Position numbers and translations under genes: made by a program
Source: Deltaproteobacteria bacterium
GTDB taxonomy: Bacteria; Desulfobacterota; DSM-4660; Desulfatiglandales; B25-G16
DNA: 25,307 nt
Direction of reading: 5' to 3'
Assembly: GCA_020355145.1 (NCBI GenBank)
Contig: CP070660.1
Location: 1,552,113 to 1,577,419, forward strand
In this document: positions 17,318 to 25,162 of the stretch, piece by piece
Layout: each line of letters starts with the position of its first letter
How positions within the stretch are numbered: the first letter of the stretch is position 1
Notes under the pieces: model-generated
The model's input: only the letters and a program-made list of their open reading frames with translations
Databases searched by the model: none
Told to the model about the DNA's origin: nothing

Positions 17318-17875
17318 CTAAGTCCCAATATACGGCTTTATTTTTAGGTAGCGGAGTTTTCCTATACCTGGTACAGATTTTATCTCCTCTACCGTGTCAA
17401 ATGGACCGTAAAGAGATCTATAATTGATGATCTTCTCTGCCAGAGAAGGCCCTATATCAGGTATAGCATCCAGTTCTTCCTGACTCGCGGTATTTATAGA
17501 TATAGGGATTCTGAGGGTGACCTTATATGCCGCGGGTATAGATCCAGGTAAGACCTTCATATAACCATTCTCTGAGCTAATTTGAACACTTGTCCCTTGG
17601 CTAAGAGGTATCTTAGGCCACTGTCTACTCCGCTGCTCTCGGACCAGTCCACCAGCCCTGGATATCAGTTCCTTTAAGGAAGGGTGCCCCTCAAACACAT
17701 AGACCCCAGGGCTTTTTACTTCCCCGGTGATAAGGATAACGATATCATTTCCTCTTCCAACAAGGCCAAGATCTCCCTGTAAAGAAGATAGGTAGTTTAT
17801 GCCCCATCCCAGAAGGAGGATTAGAACAAGGATGGAAAGGCCTACCTGCTGTTTGCTAATTCTTTTCCCCTTCAT
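17318..17875 (-). CDS. comEA: ComEA-family DNA-binding protein (TM, SLBB-like, helix-hairpin-helix)
   Basis: ITGEVKSPGVY; ISINTASQEELDAIPDIGPSLAEKIINYR..G.F..VEEI..VPGIG. Start taken at ATG 17875, overlapping the lysC end by 20 nt. Confidence 0.85.
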   Translation of the reverse strand: MKGKRISKQQVGLSILVLILLLGWGINYLSSLQGDLGLVGRGNDIVILITGEVKSPGVYVFEGHPSLKELISRAGGLVREQRSRQWPKIPLSQGTSVQISSENGYMKVLPGSIPAAYKVTLRIPISINTASQEELDAIPDIGPSLAEKIINYRSLYGPFDTVEEIKSVPGIGKLRYLKIKPYIGT

Positions 17876-19085
17876 TACCCAGACCAAAGGCCTCATGTAG
17901 GGCCCTTACAGCAAGCTCTGTATATTTTTCCTCTACAACGCAGGAGATCTTTATCTCAGAGGTACTGATCATGCTTATATTGATACTCTCCTTTGATAAG
18001 GCCTCGAACATCTTGGAGGCAACCCCGGCATGATTTCTCATGCCCAGTCCGACAATAGACACCTTAGCAATATCGGGGTCTCCCAGCACCTTTTCTGCCC
18101 CTATTTCCTTGGCAACCCCTCTAACCAATCTTAAGGTCTCCTGAAAATGGGTCTTGGTGACTGTAAATGTCAGATCAGTTAGGCCTTGGGCACTGGGATT
18201 CTGGATAATCATGTCCACCACTATCCCTGCCTTGAAAACAGGATCAAATATCTCGAATGCAATTCCAGGCCTATCAGGCACCTTGACTATCGTAATCCTG
18301 GCCTCATCTTTGTCAAAGACAACACCAGAGACCAGTACCCTTTCCATCTCTCTATCTTCTACTACTACCATGGTTCCCTCATTTCTCGTAAAAGATGATC
18401 TTACATGAATGGGCACATTAAATTTTTTGGCAAATTCAACTGATCTTATATCCAAGACCTTGGCACCTAAGCTGGCCAACTCTAACATCTCTTCATAGGA
18501 TATCCTGTCAAGTTTTCTGGCATGGGTGCAGACACTCGGATCAGCTGAGAAGATGCCATCTACATCGGTAAAGATCTCGCATACAGAGGCCTTTAGCGAC
18601 GCTGCCAAGGCAACCGCAGTAGTATCTGATCCCCCCCTTCCTAAGGTGGTGATGTTTCCAGTTTTATCAATTCCCTGGAACCCAGCTACAGCTACAATCC
18701 TGTCCTCATCTAACTCCTTTACTATGCGATGGGTATCAATCTCCTTGATCCTTGCCTTGCCATAGATTTGGTCTGTATGTATATCCGCCTGGAAGCCAAG
18801 AAGCGAGCGACAATCATAGCCCATGGACTTGACTGCTATAGCAAATAAGGATACACTTACTTGCTCGCCCGTAGCCATCAGGACGTCTAATTCCCTTGGG
18901 TCTGGGGACTCTGTTATCTCTCTGGATAGATTTATCAAGGCATCCGTCTGTCCTGCCATAGCAGAGAGAACCACCACAAGCCTGTTTCCTCTTTCACATG
19001 ATTCAACTACCCTCTCGGCAACCGTTTTTATCTTTTCAACAGAGCCTACAGAGGTACCGCCATACTTTTGGACGATTAACGCCAT
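17856..19085 (-). CDS. lysC: Aspartate kinase with two ACT domains
   Basis: VQKYGGTSVG, VVLSAM, GEQ, VAGFQG, TTLGRGGSDTTA, TDVDG....DP, STSEIKIS. Confidence 0.97.
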   Translation of the reverse strand: MALIVQKYGGTSVGSVEKIKTVAERVVESCERGNRLVVVLSAMAGQTDALINLSREITESPDPRELDVLMATGEQVSVSLFAIAVKSMGYDCRSLLGFQADIHTDQIYGKARIKEIDTHRIVKELDEDRIVAVAGFQGIDKTGNITTLGRGGSDTTAVALAASLKASVCEIFTDVDGIFSADPSVCTHARKLDRISYEEMLELASLGAKVLDIRSVEFAKKFNVPIHVRSSFTRNEGTMVVVEDREMERVLVSGVVFDKDEARITIVKVPDRPGIAFEIFDPVFKAGIVVDMIIQNPSAQGLTDLTFTVTKTHFQETLRLVRGVAKEIGAEKVLGDPDIAKVSIVGLGMRNHAGVASKMFEALSKESINISMISTSEIKISCVVEEKYTELAVRALHEAFGLGNEGEKN

Positions 19086-19087
19086 AT

Positions 19088-19615
19088 CTAACAGGTTTCG
19101 CTCTTTTTAATTTCCTTCAAAGAGATGCCCACCCTTTCCCTTAGGGCCATTAGAATCTCTTTAGCCCTGAGATGAGAACCAGAAAATCTAAGTTCCCTTG
19201 TATGTTCATCTACCATCCTTAACTCGACCTGAATAGTCTCCTCCGGGAGCTCGCCTGGCCAACGGTCTGCCCACTCTATAACAACTATGCCTTCCCCTGA
19301 AAGGTAATCCTCCAGATCTAAGGCCATGATCTCAGTGGTGTCACTTAGCCTATAAAGGTCTATATGAAAAAGTTGGTGCCTCCCCTTGTGTTCATTAACA
19401 AGGGTAAATGTCGGACTGACTACACAATCTGGGCCAATCTCAAGGCCAATAGCCACTCCTTTTGTAAACCATGTCTTACCACCACCCAAATCGCCAATTA
19501 ATGCAATAATATCACCATCGATTAACTGGACCCCTAATTGCTGGCCTAACCAAACAGTCTTTTCAACTGAGGTTGTCAAATATCCTACAGAGACCTCTTG
19601 CAGACTCAATGCCAC
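19088..19615 (-). CDS. tsaE: tRNA threonylcarbamoyladenosine biosynthesis ATPase
   Basis: GDLGGGKT, SPTFTLVNE, H.DLYRL, IEWADR. GTG start is uncertain. Confidence 0.93.
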   Translation of the reverse strand: MALSLQEVSVGYLTTSVEKTVWLGQQLGVQLIDGDIIALIGDLGGGKTWFTKGVAIGLEIGPDCVVSPTFTLVNEHKGRHQLFHIDLYRLSDTTEIMALDLEDYLSGEGIVVIEWADRWPGELPEETIQVELRMVDEHTRELRFSGSHLRAKEILMALRERVGISLKEIKKSETC

Positions 19616-19684
19616 TTAGTTTATTGGGTTTATTGTGTTTTTTGGGTTTATTGGGTCAAAACCTATGAGCTAAACAAAAACTAA
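19616..19684. repeat. 9-nt tandem repeat (GTTTATTGG x4) inside an imperfect inverted repeat filling the acpS-tsaE spacer
   Basis: Units at 19619-19654: gtttattgg gtttattgt gttttttgg gtttattgg. The spacer ends read TTAGTTTATTG and (reverse complement) TTAGTTTTTG. Confidence 0.8.
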
Positions 19685-20071
19685 TTATGTGGCACCTTTT
19701 TCAAGTATTACTACAGCTATGCCATAGTAACTCTCATCTGAAAGGGTAACGTACCACCTTCTTATTCCCTCCTTATGACAGAGATTAAGGGCCTCTCCAG
19801 TCACATTAAGCTCAGGCCGACCATTTGGGTCTTGAACTATCTCTATATCCCGCCACCTGATACCCTTTTTCATACCTAAACCTATCGCCTTTGAAAAGGC
19901 CTCCTTGGCAGCGAAACGCAGGGCAAGGGAGGAAACTGACTTTGCACCTCGAAAGCAGAAATCAATCTCCTGGTCAGTAAGTATCCTATTTATAAACCTT
20001 TTTCCCCATTTATCTACTACCCTTCCCATCCTCCTTATATTTACAATATCTACACCAATACCATAAATCAT
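19685..20071 (-). CDS. acpS: Holo-[acyl-carrier-protein] synthase
   Basis: IYGIGVDIV, RFAAKEAFSKAIG.G, GRP, TLSD. Confidence 0.97.
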   Translation of the reverse strand: MIYGIGVDIVNIRRMGRVVDKWGKRFINRILTDQEIDFCFRGAKSVSSLALRFAAKEAFSKAIGLGMKKGIRWRDIEIVQDPNGRPELNVTGEALNLCHKEGIRRWYVTLSDESYYGIAVVILEKGAT

Positions 20072-20109
20072 CGCATTGTTATCCTCTTGCGAAATTCTAA
20101 CAGGGTAAA

Positions 20110-20169
20110 CTAGATATCTTCTTAGCTCAAGATCTTAACATTTATCCGCCTGGGGCGGATTTATGTCAA
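20110..20169 (-). repeat. Dispersed element R, copy 3, interrupted by a 13-bp palindrome
   Basis: Minus strand TTGACATAAAT[CCGCCCCAGGCGG ATAAAT]GTTAAGATCTTGAGCTAAGAAGATATCTAG. Removing the bracket restores the 21-mer TGACATAAATGTTAAGATCTT found in copy 2. Confidence 0.85.
20140..20164. mobile_element. 13-bp palindromic insertion CCGCC-TGG-GGCGG flanked by a direct ATTTAT duplication
   Basis: ATTTAT (20140-20145), then CCGCCTGGGGCGG (20146-20158), then ATTTAT (20159-20164). The empty-site allele is seen in element R copies 1 and 2. Mobility itself is inferred. Confidence 0.6.
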
Positions 20170-20294
20170 GCCCTCCCTGGCGCGACGTGATTGTAAAAAG
20201 CCATTGCCGCTTTAATATTAATGATGCAGGAGCTATAAAATTAAGTCCTTGCATGCCAGGTCTGGGCCAGGGTTCTAGCGGTGAAATGAAATCC

Positions 20295-20356
20295 CGACTT
20301 TGATATTCGAATTCCGTATTTTCTTGCTAACATCGTGCCTAGTCGGTTTGAGGCAA
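20295..20356 (-). repeat. Dispersed motif L, copy B, 7 nt after the pdxJ stop
   Basis: Minus strand TTGCCTCAAACCGACTAGGCACGA...GGAATTCGAATATCAAAGTCG aligns with 8829-8884. Confidence 0.75.
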
Positions 20357-20363
20357 GGCTCCA

Positions 20364-21083
20364 CTAGAATTGGGATACCAATTTAACCATCTCGCGGACG
20401 GCCTGATCTATTCCCACCATCACTGTCCTGGCAATGATGCTATGGCCAATGCTATATTCCTCTATCTCGGGAATAGATGAAAATCTCTTTATGTTCACAT
20501 AATTAAGGCCATGCCCGGCGTGTACCTTCAGCTTGAGCCTGCTCGCTAACTTCGCTGCCTCCTTGATCTTTTCAAGATTTCTCAGGATATCTGATTCTTT
20601 TCTTGCCTCACTGTATTCTCTCGTGTTGATCTCAATTATATCTGCCCCTGCATTAAGGGATTCTCCTATCCGATCAGGGTCTGGATCAATAAAGAAGCTG
20701 ACTGAAATACCGGCCTCCTTTAGTTTGTCGGTAACCTTTTTGTATTCCTCTTTGTTGCCTGCAACATCAAGGCCACCTTCGGTGGTTAACTCTTCCCTTC
20801 TTTCTGGGACGAGTGTTACCACATCCGGTTTAATGTCAAGGGCAATGCCAACCAATTCCTTAGCAGGTGCCATCTCCAGATTCAATTTAGTCTTGACTAC
20901 CTTTTTAAGTAGGCTTAGGTCCCTATCCTTGATATGTCGCCTATCCATTCTCAAATGACATATGATTCCTTCAGCACCAGCTAATTCAGCTATACCAGCA
21001 GCCAAAACTGGGTCCGGCTCATCTACTCCCCTAGCTTCGCGGATCGTTGCAATATGATCAACATTAACAGATAAAAGGGCCAT
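20364..21083 (-). CDS. pdxJ: Pyridoxine 5'-phosphate synthase
   Basis: [53 protein letters not shown]. Confidence 0.97.
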   Translation of the reverse strand: MALLSVNVDHIATIREARGVDEPDPVLAAGIAELAGAEGIICHLRMDRRHIKDRDLSLLKKVVKTKLNLEMAPAKELVGIALDIKPDVVTLVPERREELTTEGGLDVAGNKEEYKKVTDKLKEAGISVSFFIDPDPDRIGESLNAGADIIEINTREYSEARKESDILRNLEKIKEAAKLASRLKLKVHAGHGLNYVNIKRFSSIPEIEEYSIGHSIIARTVMVGIDQAVREMVKLVSQF

Positions 21084-21120
21084 AGTAATTAACTCGTCAT
21101 TTAATTAAGCCTTTTCGTAA

Positions 21121-21146
21121 CTAAAGACCTTAAGATTTATGTCAAG
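21121..21146 (-). repeat. Dispersed element R, partial copy 4 (promoter-like, upstream of pdxJ)
   Basis: CTTGACATAAATCTTAAGGTCTTTAG matches the de-interrupted copy 3 at 23 of 26 positions. Confidence 0.6.
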
Positions 21147-21182
21147 TTTTATCACGCTGCCTTTTTGGGCTAAATAGTCTCT

Positions 21183-21230
21183 GGAGTTTGTTCTGTTAAA
21201 GCCCCATGAACTCAATCAACACAACACACA
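21183..21230. repeat. Degenerate 9-nt periodic repeat pair abutting the ybeY stop
   Basis: ccccatgaa ctcaatcaa cacaacaca (21202-21228) resembles the reverse complement of 19619-19654. GGAGTTTGTTCTGTT (21183-21197) is a weak opposite arm. Confidence 0.45.
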
Positions 21231-21659
21231 CTAGTAATTTAACAACCGTTCCGTCTCCTCTTCCATCGTGCGGGCCTCCTCCTCTGACCTTTCGTGGTCA
21301 TAGCCTAAAAGGTGTAAGAGACCATGAATTGAGAGTCTATCAATGGTCCTATTAAGGCTCTCACCAATCCTTTTCGCATCCCTTATAGCAGCATCTAAGG
21401 ATATGACTATATCTCCCAGCATTGGTGTCTCAGGCTCAGTATGATCACCATCTCTCATTGGAAAGGCAAGGACATTTGTCGGGCCTTCTCTTTTGAGAAA
21501 ACGGCAGTTCAGTTCTGCTATGTTTTTATCATCTGTAAACAGTAAGCTCAGTTCACAGTTATGGTATCCCAAGCCTTCTAAGATCCTCTTTAGCTTCATC
21601 CTTATCTTCCCGGGATCTATGTTTCTCATGGGGTGCAGGCAACTTATCTGAATCTCCAT
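21231..21659 (-). CDS. ybeY: rRNA maturation endoribonuclease YbeY
   Basis: ELSLLFTDD..I.ELN, PTNVLAFP, LGDIVIS, HGLLHLLGYDH. GAGGGA precedes ATG 21659. Confidence 0.95.
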   Translation of the reverse strand: MEIQISCLHPMRNIDPGKIRMKLKRILEGLGYHNCELSLLFTDDKNIAELNCRFLKREGPTNVLAFPMRDGDHTEPETPMLGDIVISLDAAIRDAKRIGESLNRTIDRLSIHGLLHLLGYDHERSEEEARTMEEETERLLNY

Positions 21660-24048
21660 CTTCCCTCTTCTTACCTGTTTCTCCTTTTGTTATAGGTTCT
21701 GGATATTCAATCCGGGTGTGAAAGATTCCGCTTAATGTCTTGGTAAAGCTCTTGGCTATCTGGTTTAGATCCTTTAACGTCAACTCACATTCATCGAGCT
21801 GTCCATCTGAGAAGACATTGTGTATGATGTTCTGAACCATTCCCTTAGTCCTTGCAGGGGTAGGATCAACTAAGGTTCTAGATACAGCCTCCACTGCATC
21901 TGCCACTAAAATAAGTCCTGCCTCTTTAGTCTGGGGCTTAGGGCCAGGATACCTGAAATCTTCCTCTTTAACAGGCGAGGATTTACCCCCCCTTTCCTTA
22001 CTTTGCTCCTTGGCCTTTTGATAAAAATAGGAGATTAGTCTTGTACCCTGGTGTTGCTGGATAATATCTATTATCTCCTTTCCAAGCCTATGTTGTTTTG
22101 CAAGTTCTACACCATCTTTAACATGGGAAATCAATATAAGACTACTCATAGAAGGTGCAAGTTTTTCGTGTCTTTTGTCACCTCTAACCTGATTTTCCAC
22201 AAAGTAGAGTGGTTTCCTTGTCTTTCCTATGTCATGGTAATAGGCACTTACCTTTGCCAAGAGGGGATTGGCATAGATACTTTCAGCTGTCGCCTCAACC
22301 ATGCTGCTAACAATAACGCTATGATGATATGTGCCAGGGGCCTTAACCATCAAATCTTTAAGGATAGGCTGATCCAAACTGGACAACTCCAGCAATTTGA
22401 TATCCGTTGTAAAACCAAAGACCATCTCTATCAATGGCAAAAAACCAGTAGCTATAACGCCAGCCAAGGCACCTCCCAAAAAACAGGCAATAAGGGAGAT
22501 TGCACCTGCTGGGGAGTAAGGATTTTCGTATAGGATCTGGATTGATAAGGCATGGATTGATAAGGCCATAAGGATATTTAAAAGACCAACCCTCAGCCCT
22601 GTCTTTATCAATACCATTCTCTCCCTGCAATTTCTCACCCCATAGGCAGCCAGAACAGAGCCCATCAGGAAATAGATAAAAAACTCCAACCTCCATCCTA
22701 TGACAATAGAGCTCAGAATAGACAGGACCAGTGAAAAGGCAATTGCCACCTCCAATCCCTGAAAGATAGAGACCAATATAGCCCCCAGGGAAATTGGCAA
22801 TGCAAAGAGAAGGACTTGGATATTAAAGAAATAGAAACCTCGCGCTACCTCCTCAGCCACCGTGTTATACAGGAGCACGATCAAGAACATGAATAAAAGG
22901 GTCAAGCTAATGAAGATAAGGCTTCTTGAATCTCCCTTGAAGGTACTGGACCTCCTTAGAAGCACAACATAGCTCAATGTTAACAGGATACCAATCATTA
23001 GGGCCATGCTAAGGACCACAGGTATGGGAGGGTTTCTTTTTAATCTGGCCCTGGTCTCCAATTTCAATAGGTGAGTTGGGTTTATCTTTTCTCCCTCCCT
23101 GATAATCATCTCGCCTTTTTTAACCTTGAAATAGATAGGTTTTACCGATTTTTTGGCCTCCTCCTTCCTTAGCTCGGTTTCCCTTTTATTGAAGGTTATG
23201 TTAGGCCTTATGACCAATTCAGCGAATCGCCCTATGGTTTCAACAACCTCTGATCCATCCTCATCTGTTATGAGTTGGTCTATTATCTGGCTAACATGTT
23301 GACGGGCACCTTCAAGATCATAAAAAGGATCAAGATCATCCACCTTTTGCTCTTCTTGAGTGTCTATGTCCCGGAGGATTATCCCTTTCCCCTTTTGGGT
23401 CATCAAAACCGTCCTATTCCCCACAACCCCTCTCTTTAAAATACGATTTACTGCAATCAATACACTATTCTCTATCTGGGGAGAGAAATTGTTTTTGACC
23501 AACTGGTCAAAGAGGACAGGGTCTTCGGTGATACCTGAAAGCTCAAAGAGTTTTTCCATTAATTTCCTGAGTTTTTCTGAATGTCCTGTAGTATCTGATT
23601 TAGAAGGAGATTCCAAGGCTGGCTCCAACTCGATCGATAAAATACGCCCTAGCTCCGCCCTTCCATGGCTAAAGGCTTCCTTAATCCTGCGGTTAATAGC
23701 TGCCCCTGACCTGTCAAAGTCATAGACAAAAAGAGAGGATTTTACTGCCTCATCTCTCCTCTGTTTTGTCAATTCCTTATCCTCTACATCAAAGTCAAAA
23801 GATGCCTTGATATCCTTATTTGCCACATCACCAAGGGAATAGTCCTCTTTTGAAATTACAAGTAAGTTGGGGAAGAGAAGAAGGGAGATGGTAACACTTA
23901 AGACGATTGGATAAATCCATATTTGAATCTTGGAACTAGGCGGCCTGAACCAGGTACCCAATCTCTTTAATGGGGAGGTGATTTCCCTTTCTAACTTTTT
24001 GCCCTTCTTATTTTTAATCGGGGCTATCCCTTTCACTTTCTCGACCAT
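21559..24048 (-). CDS. 7TM-HD (HDIG) phosphohydrolase, PgpH-like cyclic-di-AMP phosphodiesterase family
   Basis: N-terminal TM helix, large extracytoplasmic domain (YSLGDVANKDIKA), about 7 TM helices, APGTYHHS, AYYHDIGK, YFVENQ, SHVKDG, YPGPKPQTKEA, ADAVEA, R..YP. Confidence 0.93.
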   Translation of the reverse strand: MVEKVKGIAPIKNKKGKKLEREITSPLKRLGTWFRPPSSKIQIWIYPIVLSVTISLLLFPNLLVISKEDYSLGDVANKDIKASFDFDVEDKELTKQRRDEAVKSSLFVYDFDRSGAAINRRIKEAFSHGRAELGRILSIELEPALESPSKSDTTGHSEKLRKLMEKLFELSGITEDPVLFDQLVKNNFSPQIENSVLIAVNRILKRGVVGNRTVLMTQKGKGIILRDIDTQEEQKVDDLDPFYDLEGARQHVSQIIDQLITDEDGSEVVETIGRFAELVIRPNITFNKRETELRKEEAKKSVKPIYFKVKKGEMIIREGEKINPTHLLKLETRARLKRNPPIPVVLSMALMIGILLTLSYVVLLRRSSTFKGDSRSLIFISLTLLFMFLIVLLYNTVAEEVARGFYFFNIQVLLFALPISLGAILVSIFQGLEVAIAFSLVLSILSSIVIGWRLEFFIYFLMGSVLAAYGVRNCRERMVLIKTGLRVGLLNILMALSIHALSIQILYENPYSPAGAISLIACFLGGALAGVIATGFLPLIEMVFGFTTDIKLLELSSLDQPILKDLMVKAPGTYHHSVIVSSMVEATAESIYANPLLAKVSAYYHDIGKTRKPLYFVENQVRGDKRHEKLAPSMSSLILISHVKDGVELAKQHRLGKEIIDIIQQHQGTRLISYFYQKAKEQSKERGGKSSPVKEEDFRYPGPKPQTKEAGLILVADAVEAVSRTLVDPTPARTKGMVQNIIHNVFSDGQLDECELTLKDLNQIAKSFTKTLSGIFHTRIEYPEPITKGETGKKREDGDSDKLPAPHEKHRSREDKDEAKEDLRRLGIP

Positions 24049-24052
24049 GATA

Positions 24053-25003
24053 TTACTTTTCTAACCTATCATAGGCATCTATAATCTCTTGAACCAATGG
24101 ATGCCTGACAACATCCTCCCTGCCAAAATAGACGAATTTTATATCAGCTATATGGACCAAGATATCCCTGGCCTGTATAAGACCTGAGGTTTTCCCTTCA
24201 GGGAGATCTGTCTGGGTAATATCCCCGGTGATAACGGTCTTGGAGCTAAACCCAAGGCGTGTCAGAAACATCTTCATCTGTTCAGGTGTTGCATTTTGGG
24301 CCTCATCTAATATGATAAATGAATCATTAAGTGTTCTGCCCCTCATAAAGGCCAAAGGGGCTACCTCTATTACACCACTTTGGATAAGGCGCGATGCACT
24401 CTCAAAGTCCATCATATCATGGAGGGCATCATAGAGCGGCCTAAGGTAAGGATTCACCTTCTCATATAGATCTCCTGGCAAAAATCCTAATCTTTCGCCT
24501 GCCTCCACTGCTGGTCTTGCAAGTACTACCCTGTTTATCTCCTTTTTCATCAAAGATGATATGGCCATGGCCATAGCGAGATATGTCTTTCCTGTACCAG
24601 CTGGCCCTATGCCAATTACAATATCATATTTTCTTATGCTATCAATATAATTCTTCTGGTTGATGCTCTTGGGGGTTATTGTCTTTTTTTTTGATGGGAT
24701 GTAGACCCTATCTAAAAAAATCGGTTTAAGCTCCGTTTTATGGTTACTGCCCAGAATTCTCAGTGAATACTCAACATCCCTCTCATAGATAGGGTATCCT
24801 TCTTTAAGCAATCCATATAACTGGGTTAACAGATTTTCGGCCATCTCTAACTCTGAAAGGGCACCTTGCAAAATGAGCTCATTTCCCTTAATGTTAATTG
24901 TTATGTTTAGCCTTTTTTCTATCAATCTGAGATTCCCGTTATTCTCCCCATAAAGACTCCTTACTAATTCATTACTATCGAAGGTAACCCTTTTGGCCTC
25001 CAT
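24053..25003 (-). CDS. phoH: PhoH-family (YbeZ-like) ATPase
   Basis: GPAGTGKTYLA, RPAVEAGERLGFLPGD, RGRTL, LDEAQN, TGD.TQ.DLP, DVVRHPLV. Start taken at ATG 25003 (alternative 25033). Confidence 0.96.
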   Translation of the reverse strand: MEAKRVTFDSNELVRSLYGENNGNLRLIEKRLNITINIKGNELILQGALSELEMAENLLTQLYGLLKEGYPIYERDVEYSLRILGSNHKTELKPIFLDRVYIPSKKKTITPKSINQKNYIDSIRKYDIVIGIGPAGTGKTYLAMAMAISSLMKKEINRVVLARPAVEAGERLGFLPGDLYEKVNPYLRPLYDALHDMMDFESASRLIQSGVIEVAPLAFMRGRTLNDSFIILDEAQNATPEQMKMFLTRLGFSSKTVITGDITQTDLPEGKTSGLIQARDILVHIADIKFVYFGREDVVRHPLVQEIIDAYDRLEK

Positions 25004-25089
25004 ATTTTCCCTTTTATTTAATAGTTCAGACAAGTTATGCCTATTTCCTTACTAAACAGATATTTTATTATATATAATGTCTTGGGATA

Positions 25090-25136
25090 GTAGTCAGTTG
25101 TCTCCGCCAAAACTCAGAGGCCGCTGAATTGACTAC
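25090..25136. other. Hairpin in the putative phoH leader
   Basis: GTAGTCAGTT (25090-25099) pairs at 9 of 10 positions with AATTGACTAC (25127-25136). Confidence 0.45.
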
Positions 25137-25162
25137 TGCACCTAATATTAACAAGCTGCTCT

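Noticed and set aside
19619-19654. CRISPR array interpretation of this or the other repeats
   Set aside because: Units are adjacent 7-9 nt repeats or kilobases apart, with no unique spacers and no cas genes.
20170-20294. tRNA, SRP or other known ncRNA in the pdxJ-acpS spacer
   Set aside because: No cloverleaf, T-loop or SRP domain-IV motif recognised.
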